Source: Candidatus Magasanikiibacteriota bacterium
Lineage (GTDB): Bacteria; Patescibacteriota; Patescibacteriia; Magasanikbacterales; UBA922
Assembly (NCBI GenBank): GCA_052033375.1
Contig: JBPOJQ010000018.1
Location: 1,671-65,670, forward strand
DNA length: 64,000 nucleotides
Direction of reading: 5' to 3'
A program made the translations under genes and the position numbers. The notes under the pieces were generated by a model. That model saw only the letters and a list, made by a program, of their open reading frames with translations. It had not been told where the DNA came from and did not search any database. Shown one piece after another: positions 9,769 to 21,127 of the stretch (its first letter is position 1; each line of letters starts with the position of its first letter).

Positions 9769-10914
9769 TTACTTTCTTCGACTCGTAGAAAGTGTTGGTT
9801 TAATCCAATCGGTAATAATTTTTTCGATATCAGTTGCATCCACCGTAATAACCCCTTTATCGACAAGGTCATGTTCCAATGCTTCACGTTTGGAAATAAG
9901 CTGTTCTGAACCTTTACTTGCCTGTATTTTTAGATCAAGCTCTTGAATCTGTTTCCACAACTGTGCCACCTCAGGATACGCTTTAACAGCTGCTTGATAA
10001 AGAGTAATAGTAAGTGCGGGATGGAGGTGTGCGACTTTCACCATAGCAGCCGCCTCATCAATCGCATCAATAGCTTTGTCAGGAAGTTTACGATCTTTAA
10101 CCAATGTTTTAGTCAAACTCACTGCGGCCTCTAGTGCTGCATCAGTAAATTCTACTTTATGATATTCACGATATTTATCTTTAACTCCTTGTAAAATTTT
10201 TACCGCTTCTTCAGGGGTAGCCTCAGACACTTCAATAGGCTGAAATCGTCTTTCCAGACTTAGATCAGCACGAAAATACTTATCATACTCGAGAGTAGTC
10301 GTAGCTCCTACCATTTGCAAATCACCTCGTGCAAGCGCGGGTTTCAAAATATCAGATAAATTTACCGAACCTTCTGACCCTTGAGATTGAACCACCGAAT
10401 GTACTTCATCAATAAAAAGAATAATCGTACGACTAGAATTAGTAATTTCTTGTACAATTTTTTTCGCACGTTCCTCGAATTCCCCTCGATATTTGGTACC
10501 CGACATAAGTGTCGTTACATCGAGAGCCAATACGCGCTTTCCAGCCAAAGTTTCCGGAACTTCATTACGTGCAATCCGCTGAGCCAAACCCTCAACAATC
10601 GCCGTTTTCCCGACTCCTGGATCACCAATAAGGATAGCGTTATTTTTACTTCGTCTCGCAAGTACCTGAGTAAGTTTGCGAACTTCTTCTTCTCGCCCAA
10701 TCACCGGGTCAATACGACCAGCAAGAGCAAGTGCAGTAAAATCAGTGGTATATAAATTTAAAAAAGGCGTCTGATGAGACGCTGATCCGACGGACAAACC
10801 ATGTTTTGATTTTTTAACAACAAAATAAACAATACCAACAAGTATAACCCCAATGGCCAAAAATAAATTGTCGCTAATAGTAAACATAAATATGCGCAAG
10901 TATAGCACGCACAA
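9769..10914 (-). CDS. membrane-anchored ClpB/ClpA D1-like AAA+ ATPase (single NBD plus partial coiled-coil middle domain; no N-domain or D2)
   Basis: N-terminal TM (FLAIGVILVGIVYFVV), then DPVIGREEEVRKLTQVLARRSKNNAILIGDPGVGKTAIVEGLAQRI (Walker A), ILFIDEVH (Walker B), sensor and M-domain-like coiled coil; ends after about 380 aa. Confidence 0.6.
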   Translation of the reverse strand: MCVLYLRIFMFTISDNLFLAIGVILVGIVYFVVKKSKHGLSVGSASHQTPFLNLYTTDFTALALAGRIDPVIGREEEVRKLTQVLARRSKNNAILIGDPGVGKTAIVEGLAQRIARNEVPETLAGKRVLALDVTTLMSGTKYRGEFEERAKKIVQEITNSSRTIILFIDEVHSVVQSQGSEGSVNLSDILKPALARGDLQMVGATTTLEYDKYFRADLSLERRFQPIEVSEATPEEAVKILQGVKDKYREYHKVEFTDAALEAAVSLTKTLVKDRKLPDKAIDAIDEAAAMVKVAHLHPALTITLYQAAVKAYPEVAQLWKQIQELDLKIQASKGSEQLISKREALEHDLVDKGVITVDATDIEKIITDWIKPTLSTSRRK

Positions 10915-10939
10915 TAACGTCTATCAAAAAGTTATACAC

Positions 10940-10980
10940 AAAGGCAATACAAAAACTCCCCGCTTTAGACGGGGAGTTCT
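10940..10980 (-). terminator. rho-independent terminator of groEL (copy 2 of repeated terminator)
   Basis: minus-strand AACTCCCCG-tctaaag-CGGGGAGTT followed by TTTGTATTG, immediately downstream of groEL stop. Confidence 0.7.
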
Positions 10981-10999
10981 TATTTCAGATCAATCTATA

Positions 11000-12640
<1,641 letters not shown>

Positions 12641-12711
12641 TTAATTAGTATTGTGCTAATTAGAAAGCTTAATTCCCTCCCCTCTCAGGAGAGGGTTAGG
12701 GCGGTGTAATC

Positions 12712-12987
12712 CTACTCAATCACTGCAACCACATCTTCGTGGTCCAAAATCTTATGATCCTCATTATTTACTTTTACTTCTTCTCCTCCCCATTTCTTAA
12801 ACAATACTTTCATTCCAACGCTCAAATTCAATTTAGTAAGTTTTTCTCCGTTGCCAAGGGCAACGATTTCTCCTTCTGCTTTTTTCTCTTTATCCACGGT
12901 ATCTGGCAAAACAATACCAGATTTAGTTACCTCTTCCTCTTTCAGAGGTTTGACTAATACTCGGTCACCTAATGGTCTGATAGACAT
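12712..12987 (-). CDS. groS: co-chaperonin GroES
   Basis: 91 aa MSIRPLGDRVLVKPLKEEE…. Confidence 0.95.
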   Translation of the reverse strand: MSIRPLGDRVLVKPLKEEEVTKSGIVLPDTVDKEKKAEGEIVALGNGEKLTKLNLSVGMKVLFKKWGGEEVKVNNEDHKILDHEDVVAVIE

Positions 12988-13019
12988 AGTGAAATATTAT
13001 TAAGAATAATATGATACTA

Positions 13020-13046
13020 TTATCACTCCTATTTTGCGAGTGATAA
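13020..13046 (-). promoter_or_regulatory. CIRCE-like HrcA operator upstream of groES
   Basis: TTATCACTC-N9-GAGTGATAA perfect inverted repeat (consensus TTAGCACTC-N9-GAGTGCTAA) between promoter and groES start. Confidence 0.7.
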
Positions 13047-13076
13047 TTTATACTAAGATAGTAACTAGTTTTAAAA
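13047..13076 (-). promoter_or_regulatory. putative sigma70-type groESL promoter
   Basis: minus-strand TTTAAA-17 nt-TATAAAT immediately upstream of CIRCE. Confidence 0.4.
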
Positions 13077-13123
13077 TGGTTGTCAAGGGAGAATCACCCC
13101 ACTAGACATAGGGCGTGGAAACA

Positions 13124-13245
13124 AAAAGTCCGCGGCGGGAAGCAGCCTGATGCGACGACCGTAAATGAAATTCGTGATGCCTGTCAGAAGCACGAATTTC
13201 GCACAGCGTCGCTTCATGCAAATGCGTCCCGCTACGGACTCTTGG
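13124..13245. other. GC-rich rod-like structured element (candidate small ncRNA or DNA palindrome)
   Basis: nested helices: GTCCGcGGCGGG(13128-13139)/CCCGCtaCGGAC(13228-13239); GCGACG(13152-13157)/CGTCGC(13207-13212); perfect 10-bp GAAATTCGTG(13167-13176)/CACGAATTTC(13191-13200) with 14-nt loop; local GC well above genome background; no credible ORF. Confidence 0.3.
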
Positions 13246-13304
13246 TACCCCTGTACTATACGTGTGTACATCAGAGCTGTCAACGCACAATATACGACAG
13301 ATAC

Positions 13305-14645
13305 TCACGTTTTGTGGACATACTGTGGAATGCCTGTGGAGAACCTTAAAAATACGCTTAGATAAGCAAAAAAAAGTAAAATTCCCGGGTATAGAGTAAT
13401 AAGATAATGATCAAAAAAACTAATACACATAACAGGCAATACTCCACTGATTAAAAACAGTACAGAATACACCCGTGAATTACTCATTCCAAAGTACAAC
13501 AAAAGCCCAAAAGAGAATACAAAAAATAATATGCCGATATACCCCTGTTCAATCAAAATCACAAGCAATGCAACATGGACTGGCTGATACATGTATCCCG
13601 GAAGTATTGGATTATTCGCATACTGTGCATATACATACATGCCACTACCAAATCCAACTAATGGTTTTTCACGGTGCAATTCCCACGCGATTTCTATTCC
13701 CTCTTGTCTTTCGGACAACGAACGAGTTTCAGAAATAGAAACCGGGATACTACGCGTATACACAATATCGTGATACAGCATTCCAAATATCAAACCCATG
13801 ATTACTGAAGAAGCAATAAGTAAAAAAATATTCCTCATCTTATTTTTTAATGCATATAGTAAAAATCCAATGCACACAAAAACATACGCACTAATTGCTG
13901 ATCTACTTAATGTTGCAAAAAGGGTGAAAGCAGCGCATGTATGAATAACCAACAATCCAATCTTCTCTCGCTTTTTTTGTACCACACACGCATAGAGCAA
14001 CGTAAACGCGAGTATGCATACCATGTATCCGCCAAAAATATTTGGATGAGGAAATGGGCCATATGCGCGAAGCCATCGACCAATAGCGTCTGATGCTACA
14101 ATTGAAGCACCTGGATTTGATGCAATATGCTCTGTCAGCCCAAACAATGTCGAACTAAACGTTGTTTGGGTAAACCACTGAAATAACCCCAACACAATCG
14201 GCACGATACTCCCAATAATAAAAGCACGGATCCAAACATATACCGAGATACGGGACACCATAATCGTCGTGAGAATCATATACCCCTCAATCAAAAAAAG
14301 TGCTTGTCGAATAGACACATCAATATGGATCGACCAGTGCGCATTCAAAAATACATATACAGGAAATAGAAAAAACAAAAATAGCCGCAACAGCATTCTT
14401 CGTGTAGAACGCACATCCAGCGTGGTTCTCACCATACTGGATGTAAAATTAATAAAAGTCACGATGCATAGCAACCACAAGACGACCTCGCTTATATAAA
14501 AACCGAGGCTTATAAATGACGATATAAAACCATTAATACTCCCGATCTGATATATCCAGATAGTTTGCCATGGAAAAAAAATACCCCATGCGTAGATGAG
14601 AATTCGTTCAAATGGTAAAGCACGTATAGACATATATAAACACAC
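13305..14645 (-). CDS. polytopic membrane protein, O-antigen ligase/Wzy-like
   Basis: 446 aa, at least 10 TM segments, central loop with TLSRSAISAY-type motif reminiscent of Wzy_C. Confidence 0.45.
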   Translation of the reverse strand: MCLYMSIRALPFERILIYAWGIFFPWQTIWIYQIGSINGFISSFISLGFYISEVVLWLLCIVTFINFTSSMVRTTLDVRSTRRMLLRLFLFFLFPVYVFLNAHWSIHIDVSIRQALFLIEGYMILTTIMVSRISVYVWIRAFIIGSIVPIVLGLFQWFTQTTFSSTLFGLTEHIASNPGASIVASDAIGRWLRAYGPFPHPNIFGGYMVCILAFTLLYACVVQKKREKIGLLVIHTCAAFTLFATLSRSAISAYVFVCIGFLLYALKNKMRNIFLLIASSVIMGLIFGMLYHDIVYTRSIPVSISETRSLSERQEGIEIAWELHREKPLVGFGSGMYVYAQYANNPILPGYMYQPVHVALLVILIEQGYIGILFFVFSFGLLLYFGMSNSRVYSVLFLISGVLPVMCISFFDHYLITLYPGILLFFAYLSVFLRFSTGIPQYVHKT

Positions 14646-14689
14646 ACCCGCTCCTCAGAGTAATGTTGGGAGGAGTGGGATAAAAAGAA

Positions 14690-15646
14690 TCATCTCTCGA
14701 CACCCAATTTCTCCAATCGTTCATACCATGCATCTCGATACCGTATCCGCCGATCGTTCTCATGAAATTTCAAAACTGAATCATTTACCACCACCCGAGT
14801 ATCCTTTGCATGCACCAGACTGCGTGTATTATGCATTATTTTTTTTCTCTGGATACTCCGAGTAAATCGTTCAAAATAATCTCCCAGACGTCCACTAAGT
14901 AGCGACTCTACAATCCACACACTATTCCGCTTGTACTTCTGTATTGTACCCATATAGTGCAAGGTGGGTTCACTATGACGTGCGTGTGACAAAAATGGAC
15001 TGAGTAATTCACGATTCGCACGGAGAATACTATCGCTCAAATGATCGGGGTCATATACAGGAATAAGAGTACGGATCCAATATGCTAGATATATATCATC
15101 AGAAGAAATCCTGAATTTTGACAAATTTAATGCTCGGTCAGCCAAATAAAAACTCAAACAAATTCTATTTGAGATTTTCTTTTTCGTCCGTCTCAATCGA
15201 AATACAGACATGATGAGAGTGGTCCATAATCTCGCAAACCACATTCTTCCAAACGTGACAATCACCAATACATCAATATCACTATCATCATCAGCGGCAT
15301 TAAACGCAAGTGTGTTACACACAAATACTCCCCGCACAAACGGTGTTACAGAAAAAAGTCGTACTGCTTTTTTCAAATTACGCAACTTGCGCTCCATGGA
15401 CACGCTACGCTCAGTATGCACACGCACCAATGATTCCCGTCCAGACAAATGCCATAGTCCATTTGTATATGCAATTCGAGTATCAGGAAAATCTCTCGTT
15501 TTCAGAAAAAAATGTGCAAAGTCTAATTTTGGTTTTGTGGGAGCACCATGAAGATACTCAAAAAGCTCTCGATCAGTCAGTGGGTGATCAAAAATATCAA
15601 AGAAAGCGATAGTCCGGACAACTGATTGGTACAATACATCTGTCAT
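14690..15646 (-). CDS. nucleotidyltransferase-fold protein (pol-beta superfamily minimal NTase motif)
   Basis: GVFVCNTLAFNAADDDSDIDVLVIV matches G[SG]…DxD NTase signature; rest of 318 aa unassigned. Confidence 0.4.
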   Translation of the reverse strand: MTDVLYQSVVRTIAFFDIFDHPLTDRELFEYLHGAPTKPKLDFAHFFLKTRDFPDTRIAYTNGLWHLSGRESLVRVHTERSVSMERKLRNLKKAVRLFSVTPFVRGVFVCNTLAFNAADDDSDIDVLVIVTFGRMWFARLWTTLIMSVFRLRRTKKKISNRICLSFYLADRALNLSKFRISSDDIYLAYWIRTLIPVYDPDHLSDSILRANRELLSPFLSHARHSEPTLHYMGTIQKYKRNSVWIVESLLSGRLGDYFERFTRSIQRKKIMHNTRSLVHAKDTRVVVNDSVLKFHENDRRIRYRDAWYERLEKLGVER

Positions 15647-15693
15647 ACTGAAAGGTAGTGTACATGAAAGCAGTATAAAGCAACACCCCCTAA

Positions 15694-15987
15694 CTAGGGG
15701 GTGTTATCTTCGATAAATCCGAGCGTGTCTGGAGAAGTAAATGACAAAGGAGTATCTCTTTTTTCTGCTTCATCGACCACCCTATCTTCTACAATTATTC
15801 GGTCTTCCTCATAGCGTACCACCTGCTCACGCGCAATACTAACACTCCGATGCAAAAGTGAAGATACGAAATACTCGACCACCACACCTGTATCAACATC
15901 AAATGAAATATCCTTCACCTTACCCACATGCGTACCCGAGGCAGTATACACATGCATCTTCAGTAGATGTGAACATGCAAGTTTCAT
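15694..15987 (-). CDS. PRC-barrel domain protein
   Basis: 97 aa; VGKVKDISFDVDTGVVVEYFV pattern of PRC barrels. Confidence 0.45.
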   Translation of the reverse strand: MKLACSHLLKMHVYTASGTHVGKVKDISFDVDTGVVVEYFVSSLLHRSVSIAREQVVRYEEDRIIVEDRVVDEAEKRDTPLSFTSPDTLGFIEDNTP

Positions 15988-15996
15988 ATTACACTA

Positions 15997-16788
15997 TTAT
16001 GAAACAATCTTGCCTTCAATAACATCACCACCTTGTGTACCAGAAGTGGATCCGTTTGATGAAGAGCCGTCTTTTCTAAAGAGAATCCATTGTTGCACCA
16101 CAGCAAGAAGCGTGCGGAAAAACCAATATAATACTACCCCTGCAGGGAATTGAAAACCAATAATAATCGTAAGGATGGGCATCATATACAGCATCTGTTT
16201 ATTCATCATTGAAGCCATCGACTCATCTTTTGCACCCTCACCCGCATTTACCGGGGGACGCTTGGTAGTGAGCATTTTCGTCTGTACAAACTGTGCCACA
16301 CCGGCTAATACAGCGAGCACCACATTCTTTCCTGCAAGATTAAAAAAACCAAAGCTCATCGGATCGATAGAGCCTGGATTCGCAACAAACGGATAGAGTA
16401 ATTCAAATGAGGTATTTTCAAACGCATTTTTGAATACATAAAACAACGCAAGAAAAATAGGAATCTGTACAAGAACAGGAAGACACGAACCGAATGGATT
16501 AATATTGTGCTCTTTATACAATTTCATGGTTTCCGCAGCCAATTTCTGCTGATCATCTTTGTATTCTTTCTTCAATTTTTCGAGTTTTGGCTGCATATCA
16601 GCCATTACTTTCTGAGCACGGATAGATTTGTTATTCAACGGATACAAAATGAGTTGAAATAAAATAGTCATCAACAAAATTGCAATACCAACATCCCCCA
16701 CCAAATTATAAAACCAGACAAATAAATTGAATATCGGCTGATAAATAATGGTCGTAAAAAATTCCTTCATAGTTAAAATATAGTTCAT
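15997..16788 (-). CDS. yidC: membrane protein insertase YidC (short form)
   Basis: 263 aa; conserved FGSCLPVLVQIPIFLALFYVF region and 5 TM segments. Confidence 0.85.
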   Translation of the reverse strand: MNYILTMKEFFTTIIYQPIFNLFVWFYNLVGDVGIAILLMTILFQLILYPLNNKSIRAQKVMADMQPKLEKLKKEYKDDQQKLAAETMKLYKEHNINPFGSCLPVLVQIPIFLALFYVFKNAFENTSFELLYPFVANPGSIDPMSFGFFNLAGKNVVLAVLAGVAQFVQTKMLTTKRPPVNAGEGAKDESMASMMNKQMLYMMPILTIIIGFQFPAGVVLYWFFRTLLAVVQQWILFRKDGSSSNGSTSGTQGGDVIEGKIVS

Positions 16789-16899
16789 TATGCGCTGAGT
16801 ATACCACGAAAAAACAGTCTAATCAAGTACTCAACCAGATACAAACATACACCGCTTTCACGGTGTATGTTAATTTCATATCAAATCTTCATTCGAGCA

Positions 16900-18165
16900 T
16901 TACTCCTCTGTCGGTGTTACTGTTTTCTCTTCATGATCAGACTGTTGACTGTCTTCTGAGACCACTTCAATCGCCTGTGGCGCTTCTACGATTTCTCCAT
17001 CACTCACTGCGACCTGAGTTCCATCTTTTTCAACTACTTTAATTTTCCAGCCTGTAAGCTCAGCGGCAAGACGGACATTCTGTCCTCCACGTCCAATAGC
17101 AAGAGAAAATTGATCTGACTCTACTTTTACAATTGCCTGTTTTTCAGGCTCACTCAATTCCACACTTGAGACCTTCGCAGGAGAAAGCGCAGCTTTAATA
17201 TACGTTTCTGCATTGTCATTATAGAGAATCACATCGATCTTTTCTCCACCGAGTTCATCAATAATGGTTGTGATTCTACTTCCACGCTGCCCAACACACG
17301 ATCCGATTGGATCAATTGATTCATCATCAGTTGCGACAGCCACCTTTGAACGACTTCCGGGATCACGTGCAATACCTTTGATCACCACTTCACCCTGGGC
17401 AATCTCTGGAATTTCTTGTTCAAAGACAAACGATACCATACGCTTATCTTTTCGTGACAAAATAATCTCAGGACCACGAATACCAAGAGCTACTGATGAT
17501 ACATAAAATTTCATGCGTGCACCCAGTGTATAGCGTTCACGGAAGACAGTCTCACTTTGTGGCAAAATACCGGTAATTTTCCCGAGGTCAATGACATATC
17601 CCCCTGTGTGTCTATCACGACGCTGCACAACACCCTGCACAATATGGCCTTCCTGTTTTTTGAAATCTTCAAATACGGTACTGCGTTCAGCTTCACGGAG
17701 CTTCTGTATAATCACCTGTTTTGCAGTCTGAGCAGCCATGCGACCAAAATCTCCAGGCACCTCAAGATCAATTTTCAAGATATCTCCAAGCTTCGCACTC
17801 TTTTTATGTTCTTTTGCTTGAGTGATCATGATTTGAGTCTTTGGGTTAAATCGCACCAAATCTGCAATCTCTTCTTCACTCAAATCACGACCCTCTTTTC
17901 GCACCTCTTCGCGTCGACGCGCGAGTTCTTCCTGATCATGAAGCAATGTTTCTTCAGAAATATCTTCGACCACTTCTTTTTCATCCCAGACCTTCATATC
18001 ACCTGTTTCTGGGTCAAAAATAACCTGAATATTTTGTTGTTTATTCCCGAAATCTTTACGATATGCAGCACCAAGTGCACTTTGTAATGCCTCCATAACC
18101 ACATCGAATTGGAGACCTTTTTCCTCACAAATATACTGGATACTCTTACTAATTTCTGACGACAT
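16900..18165 (-). CDS. nusA: transcription termination/antitermination factor NusA
   Basis: 421 aa; N-terminal domain, S1 and two KH domains. Confidence 0.9.
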   Translation of the reverse strand: MSSEISKSIQYICEEKGLQFDVVMEALQSALGAAYRKDFGNKQQNIQVIFDPETGDMKVWDEKEVVEDISEETLLHDQEELARRREEVRKEGRDLSEEEIADLVRFNPKTQIMITQAKEHKKSAKLGDILKIDLEVPGDFGRMAAQTAKQVIIQKLREAERSTVFEDFKKQEGHIVQGVVQRRDRHTGGYVIDLGKITGILPQSETVFRERYTLGARMKFYVSSVALGIRGPEIILSRKDKRMVSFVFEQEIPEIAQGEVVIKGIARDPGSRSKVAVATDDESIDPIGSCVGQRGSRITTIIDELGGEKIDVILYNDNAETYIKAALSPAKVSSVELSEPEKQAIVKVESDQFSLAIGRGGQNVRLAAELTGWKIKVVEKDGTQVAVSDGEIVEAPQAIEVVSEDSQQSDHEEKTVTPTEE

Positions 18166-18289
18166 ACTACGTACAATTAATTAAAATAATTTTGAGTTTA
18201 AAAAAAGCAGCATTTGATGATGCTACTTACATAAATAATGTTACCACAAAAGCAAATATTTGTCAAGAATTGGACATTCAGAAAACAAA

Positions 18290-18691
18290 CTATTGTATTA
18301 GTTCATAATGATAGATTTTGTGTGCAGGAAACTCGCCATACACACTCACCTGTTCAAACTGTATCGGAGTGTGTTCACTATCAATTCCATATTCAATACA
18401 ATAAGCCTCTGCTCCACACAACATGTGTAGCTGCTTCTTCTTTCCTACAGACCGCTCAGCGCTCCCATCATCATTCGATCGATATTTTACTTCGATAAAG
18501 CATAGGGTTCGTCCAAAATACGATTTAGTGTGCCAAGCAACAATATCAATTTCACCAAAACGCTTTGAAAAATTACGCCCAACAATGTCATACCCGTGAT
18601 GTGACAAAAAATCAGCAGCTATCTGTTCACCACAATTTCCCTTATATCGTGCCCCTCCCTGACGAGACATATCAGCCACGAAACAAAACAA
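18290..18691 (-). CDS. YraN-family (UPF0102) endonuclease
   Basis: GEQIAADFL…GYDIVGRN…GEIDIVAW…LCFIEVKYR pattern. Confidence 0.75.
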   Translation of the reverse strand: MFCFVADMSRQGGARYKGNCGEQIAADFLSHHGYDIVGRNFSKRFGEIDIVAWHTKSYFGRTLCFIEVKYRSNDDGSAERSVGKKKQLHMLCGAEAYCIEYGIDSEHTPIQFEQVSVYGEFPAHKIYHYELIQ

Positions 18692-19223
18692 TTACCCGAT
18701 GATACGGTCCAATAGTGGAATCCTCCTGAATTCCAAACCCATTCTTGCGCCCCCATGTAATGATCTCTGAAAAATCAACCATATGGCCATCCGCAGGACC
18801 AAGCACAGACAATTTTCGCATCCAGTCAGTAATAATAATCCTCCCCTTCTCCTTGAGAACCCGAGCAGCTTCTGCAAGCGGAATATCGTATGACTCAAAA
18901 TGGAATAAGACATTAATAAAAAAGGCAGTATCCAATGTTTTTTCAGGAATTGCGAGTCCTTGTTTTAGACCCAAATCAGCCCACACAGTTTCGACATTAT
19001 GAATCGCCTCAGTCGCTGCACGTTTTCGGACTGAATCAAGTACATCTTTCAAAATATCAACAGCATAGACCACACCTCGTTCCCCGACCACCTTAGAGGC
19101 AGGAAATACGATATGCCCAGTACGTCCACACCCGAGATCGGCAATGTGCATACCCTCAGTTGTCTGAGCTTTAGAAAGAAGTGCATGCGGGTCAATCAAA
19201 TGATTTCCGGTGTGATACGTCAT
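18672..19223 (-). CDS. class I SAM-dependent methyltransferase
   Basis: motif I IADLGCGRTG, VVYAVDI; 183 aa. Confidence 0.7.
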   Translation of the reverse strand: MTYHTGNHLIDPHALLSKAQTTEGMHIADLGCGRTGHIVFPASKVVGERGVVYAVDILKDVLDSVRKRAATEAIHNVETVWADLGLKQGLAIPEKTLDTAFFINVLFHFESYDIPLAEAARVLKEKGRIIITDWMRKLSVLGPADGHMVDFSEIITWGRKNGFGIQEDSTIGPYHRVIVLFRG

Positions 19224-19283
19224 AAAAAAGTCTATAAAATCTGAAAGTCTATCTAGTATTGTATGTACGTTATAACTTTCTGA

Positions 19284-19556
19284 CTACTGTGCGCCACCAA
19301 TAAATAATTTTCCAAAAATTCCAATTAAAATTTCGCCTAATGCCCCAGTCATAGCAAGCACTGAACCTATAATAAATAATAGTCCAAGCATTTTATACAT
19401 TAGCCGTGTTCCCCCTCCACCAAATTTTGCTTCAGCCCAATCACTGTATCCAAAATTCTCAACAAACCATTGCGTCTTTATTACCATAGATGACCCAAGC
19501 GCAATTACCAAAATGCCCAAGAAATATGCCATACTCTCACAAAATTCATTACTCAA
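19284..19556 (-). CDS. small membrane protein, hypothetical
   Basis: 90 aa, two hydrophobic helices; no family recognised. Confidence 0.35.
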   Translation of the reverse strand: MSNEFCESMAYFLGILVIALGSSMVIKTQWFVENFGYSDWAEAKFGGGGTRLMYKMLGLLFIIGSVLAMTGALGEILIGIFGKLFIGGAQ

Positions 19557-21123
19557 AAATTACCGGTACTGAATACGCATATTCATGCTCAGGTAAACCA
19601 GACGGATTATCTTTGATAAAAGAAATTATACCTGTCGAAGTCGTGGGCATGGTCACCTGAGATACGGTAACAGAAAAAGGCACATATTCAGTCGTCATCC
19701 AGTCTGCACCTGCCTCTGCGATTCCACGACCGACTACAACACCACTATTATCAGTCACGACTACAGGAAAACTTGCCTCAAAAAACATTGTTCCCCGAGC
19801 TTTTCCAGTAAAAATAATTGACGGTTGAGAAAAATCATATCGATAGGGCTCGGCTAATGAACCAAAGTCGACATCTACCAACGGTTCGACCGGAGATGGT
19901 GTGTCAGTAGTACTAAAAACTCGATAAATTACCCCCGCGTGATCATCGCTCACAAACAATGATCCATTCATGAACTTGAGGTCGACCGGGCGCCCCACTG
20001 CTTTATTGTGAGCAGTAAGCCAACCATCAATAAACAACTCTTCACCGACAATTCCTCCCTTTGCATCAAGCATAATACGAACAATTGAGTAACCTGTAGG
20101 CACACTGCGATTCCACGAGCCATGGTACGCTACGAGTAAATCAAGCCAATACTCTTCAGGCCAAAAACTCTCTTCTGGAATAAACGCGAGCCCAAGCGGA
20201 GCCACATGTGCAGGAAGGTCATACGTACTTGCAGCAGTTGTTGCACATGGATCCATAACGTATGTTTTGGAATCAAAATTAACATCATGAATCCTGTTTC
20301 CATAACATATTGGCCACCCATAATTCTTTCCCTCTTCAATAATATTAAGCTCATCAGGAGGAATATGATCACCTAATAAATCTCGCCCCATTTCAGTAGC
20401 CCATATTTTTCCATCGACCGGATTAGTCGCCATAAACACTGAATTCCGAAGGCCTGCGGCATAAGGAGTCAATTCCCACACACCGTCTTTATTCTCTAAT
20501 TTCTGAATTGTTGCTCGAATACTTGATTCCTCATAACACACATTGCATGAAGAACCAATAGAAACGAGTATCTGCCCGTCAGGAGTATAGGCAAGCGTAC
20601 GAGAAGAGTGCGGAGCAGACTCGACGGTCAAATCAACTAATTTTACAATATTCTCAGATGGAATACTCGCGGGTTCAGTAGAGCCCTCTATATAAGAAAT
20701 TGATACCAATGAAATTTTTGTTTCTTCCGCAATATAGAGGGTATCAGGTGACATGTAATCAAATAATAGCCCATGGGGATTAGTGAGTTGAGAAAGTACA
20801 TCAATAGTTTTCTCAGCTTTTCCGTCACGCACGACAACTACAGAAATTTTTCCTTCTTTGGGACGCGAAACCCATATATTTCCATATCGATCAAAAGCAA
20901 TTACCCGAGCTCCAGAAAGATTCTCGGCAAATACCTCAATATCAAAACCGGGAGGAAGTTTCAATGGATTATCTGCAGGAATATCTATCACTCCGGTAAT
21001 TGGATACGGAGGATCACTAATTGCAGGCCCTACCCCTCGAAGATGCTTATAATAAAAAATTCCAATAAAAATACTAAAACCAAGCGCCAGAAGTATAGGG
21101 ACAATAATAAAAATTTTTTTCAT
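19549..21123 (-). CDS. PQQ-dependent sugar (glucose/sorbosone) dehydrogenase-like beta-propeller protein, membrane anchored
   Basis: start moved to MKKIFIIVPILL (TM anchor); GFDIEVFAENLSGARVIAFDRYGNIWVSRPKEGKISVV and repeated propeller blades typical of the GSDH family. Confidence 0.55.
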   Translation of the reverse strand: MKKIFIIVPILLALGFSIFIGIFYYKHLRGVGPAISDPPYPITGVIDIPADNPLKLPPGFDIEVFAENLSGARVIAFDRYGNIWVSRPKEGKISVVVVRDGKAEKTIDVLSQLTNPHGLLFDYMSPDTLYIAEETKISLVSISYIEGSTEPASIPSENIVKLVDLTVESAPHSSRTLAYTPDGQILVSIGSSCNVCYEESSIRATIQKLENKDGVWELTPYAAGLRNSVFMATNPVDGKIWATEMGRDLLGDHIPPDELNIIEEGKNYGWPICYGNRIHDVNFDSKTYVMDPCATTAASTYDLPAHVAPLGLAFIPEESFWPEEYWLDLLVAYHGSWNRSVPTGYSIVRIMLDAKGGIVGEELFIDGWLTAHNKAVGRPVDLKFMNGSLFVSDDHAGVIYRVFSTTDTPSPVEPLVDVDFGSLAEPYRYDFSQPSIIFTGKARGTMFFEASFPVVVTDNSGVVVGRGIAEAGADWMTTEYVPFSVTVSQVTMPTTSTGIISFIKDNPSGLPEHEYAYSVPVIFE

Positions 21124-21127
21124 ATAC

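Noticed and set aside
12668-12705. Family of CCCTCCCCTCT…AGGGGAGGG elements (12.67, 21.90, 51.64 kb) as a mobile repeat
   Set aside because: Similarity is limited to short GC-rich hairpins placed exactly at gene ends. This is better explained as convergent terminator/attenuator hairpins in an AT-rich genome than as a repeat family.
13124-13160. SRP RNA (4.5S) call based on GGGAAGCAGCC resembling the domain IV motif
   Set aside because: The motif lies at the base of the rod on the 5' strand rather than flanking an apical GNRA tetraloop, and the surrounding pairing does not reproduce helix 8. RNase P was also excluded (too short, no P4 with bulged U). Kept only as an unclassified structured element.
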